From the NCBI GenBank assembly GCA_030167865.1, contig JALAGF010001782.1:1-43398 (forward strand): a stretch of DNA of 43,398 nt, read 5' to 3'. Positions 41,594-43,398 of the stretch are shown here, one piece after another; position 1 is the stretch's first letter, and each line of letters begins with the position of its first letter. A program made the translations under genes and the position numbers. The notes below the pieces were generated by a model that made no database searches, was not told where the DNA came from, and saw nothing but the letters and a program-made list of their open reading frames with translations. Origin of the DNA: Craspedostauros australis. Lineage: Eukaryota.

Positions 41594-42351
41594 CGGGTGT
41601 ATTGTAGCCAACCTTGGAAGAGAATGTTGATCGTGGCCACACGCATCGACGCCAATCGCTTCATCCAATCTTGGAACGTGGAGGTGACTGAGCATCCTGC
41701 AAGCGGTCTACGACGCAAAACATCGGAGTCAACATGGCACTCGTACGCGGAGACGATGCTCTTGCTGCTGATTTCTTCTGATCTGCCGAAAAACACCGGA
41801 CGAGCAGAGCAGCTTCGTTTCCATCATGCGAGAAGACCGATGTGCTTCCTCAATGTAGGTAATGCAATACCTCGCGCCCGACCAGGCCGTATGAAATGCG
41901 TCGGTGGGGAGAAATGGACGACGGAACCGTCGGTGTGCACCGTTGACAATCGGGATACCCATGCCAACATCTCGACGTCGTTTCCACGCCCGCCACCCCA
42001 TGATCTCTGGACCCCGAACCCAAACAACATGATTCGTTGGGTGTTGTTGTGGTTTGGGACAACAGTCTTCTTGTTTCTCATGATGAAGAAACAGTCATCC
42101 CAGCCAAAGATTGTACCATACTCTCCAAATCCTTCTTCCCCATACCATACCATGCACATGATCTACTCGTCATAGAATAATATGCCATACCACATCACAG
42201 TCGTCCCGTCACGCTCGAGGATCCCGATCATTTTCGCACCATCATCCGGGTTGATTGACATGATGATGACGTCATCGCTGCACGACTAAACAAATGTATT
42301 GAAGCGAAAGTGGGTGTCAAGTGATGATGAAAGGATCGTCTGAACGGATTA

Positions 42352-42558
42352 TGACCGAAGTCTTTGTTTTTGTTTTGGGCGATCTCGTTTGTGTTTGCCT
42401 TTTCTTCGTTTCGCTGCTGTTTCGCTGCTTTGCTGCTGCTTTGGTCTGTGCGTGGTGTGCGCGTGGTCTGCGCGTGCCTTCGATCTTTGACACGTTCGGT
42501 TGCTGTTCTGCTTCCCTACCAGTTTGTGGTCGACCTGCTTGACCACTTCTCTTCGTTA
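42352..42558 (-). repeat. Candidate 3' LTR of the copia element
   Basis: Begins immediately after the purine tract with TAACGAAG and may end at the imperfect inverted repeat CTTCGGTCA (42360..42352). An alternative end lies near 42300 (CTTTCGCTTCA). The second LTR is not in the window, so neither end can be confirmed. Confidence 0.4.
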
Positions 42559-42998
42559 CGCCCCTTCAGGGTATGACGGGGAGTATACACGTGCATAGCC
42601 TGATATACATGTACGAATGCATGGACCATGTTGTCATGTGATGTACTTGCGGTTGGCTCAGCTGGTGGAATCTTCGTCGTCTCCTTGGCTTTCTTCAGGT
42701 GTGCAGGTGCTCGGAATATGGACATCCGGATGAGGCGATGGAAGACAGCTTTCGACACTGGTTTTGTGAGTAGGTCAGCTTCATTGTCGTGTGACGTGAT
42801 GTGAAGGAATCGCACGGCTCCTGCTGCGATGGCTTCCCTGACACGGTGGTAAGCAATGCCACAATGCTTCTTCTTGAGGACGCTTGACGGGACTGTCATA
42901 TTCAACACCACAGACTTGTTGTCACCAAGTAGGATCGCAGGTTCAGGGATGGGAACGCCCAGTACGCGCAGTGCCGTCCTGAGTTCCATGATCATGTC

Positions 42999-43011
42999 NN
43001 NNNNNNNNNNN
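42999..43011. other. Assembly gap (13 N)
   Basis: Run of 13 n inside the copia RNase H region; the reading frame is preserved across it. Confidence 0.99.
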
Positions 43012-43398
43012 GCTGCAACGAGTTCAGCACCATATGTTGATGACTCGACTGTGTTTTGTCGCTTGCTGAAGGAACGGACAACCATCCCATTGATTTTGGC
43101 GACGATGCCAGTGACAGAACGTCGGGTTACAACATCATGTGCATGGTCAGCATCGACGTATACTGTGATGTATGCAGGTTTCCCTTTGGGTGGTGGCATG
43201 TTGTGTGGTGTTGCTTCTTCTGCTTGTGGGTAGTACTCCATCCATTTCTCATCATCCGTTTGTGGTTGCATGGGGTGATCTGGTGGTGTGGGATCGCAGA
43301 GTAGTCGTCCATTTCGGTGTGATTTCAGGTAGCCGAACACACGGATCATGGCCTTGAGGTGGCCTTGACGTGGGGCCATCGAGAACCGAGAGAGGGAC

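Larger units (their letters stand above)
42352..43398 (-). mobile_element. Ty1/copia LTR retrotransposon, 3' part (end of RT, RNase H, PPT, probable 3' LTR); continues beyond the window
   Basis: ORF 43398..42516 with PRQGHLKAMIRVFGYLK, YVDADHAHDVVTRRSVTG, KRQNTVESSTYGAELVA, GDNKSVV, LKKKHCGIAYHRVREAIAAG and NEADLLTKP. These are copia RNase H motifs in the style seen in diatom CoDi elements. PPT-like TGAAGGGGCG at 42568..42559. The left boundary (LTR end) is tentative. Confidence 0.88.

Noticed and set aside
41269-42350. Short ORFs between the ankyrin gene and the copia element
   Set aside because: No motifs, no coding-like codon bias, and partly microsatellite-derived.
1-43398. CRISPR arrays, rRNA, tRNA or prokaryotic operon structure
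   Set aside because: No spaced direct-repeat arrays or recognisable structural RNA genes were seen; spliceosomal introns and targeting peptides show this is eukaryotic nuclear DNA.

Overview
Gene-dense eukaryotic nuclear DNA, most likely from a diatom or related ochrophyte. This is inferred from signal peptide + 'ASAF'/'DAF' bipartite plastid presequences on four genes, GT-AG introns of 176-501 nt, and a diatom-type Ty1/copia fragment. I can build 14 protein-coding genes with 14 hand-placed introns, all phase-consistent: a DUF1336+CRAL-TRIO lipid-transfer-like protein, a four-repeat 6TM ion channel, a CtpA-like S41 protease, a B12D/NDUFA4-like protein, selenophosphate synthetase, Clp1, a SAP+DEAD-box helicase, a stand-alone 'N-terminal-to-SelD' FAD oxidoreductase, organellar TrpRS, a plastid FN3-like membrane protein, an ABC-F protein, an acidic protein ending in CGCI, a TPR protein and an ankyrin-repeat protein. 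The window ends in the RNase H end of a copia pol with a 13-N gap. Two signals stand out. (1) A single-chain 4x6TM channel on a Kv/KCNQ-like scaffold has no GYG, and its four pore loops carry an E/E/D/E ring. (2) A selenium mini-cluster: a UGA-Sec SPS2 gene (its N-terminus is missed by the ORF track) with a 3'UTR SECIS lies 5.6 kb from a free-standing copy of the oxidoreductase domain that is elsewhere fused to SelD. All family calls come from motif recognition by eye; no database searches were run.
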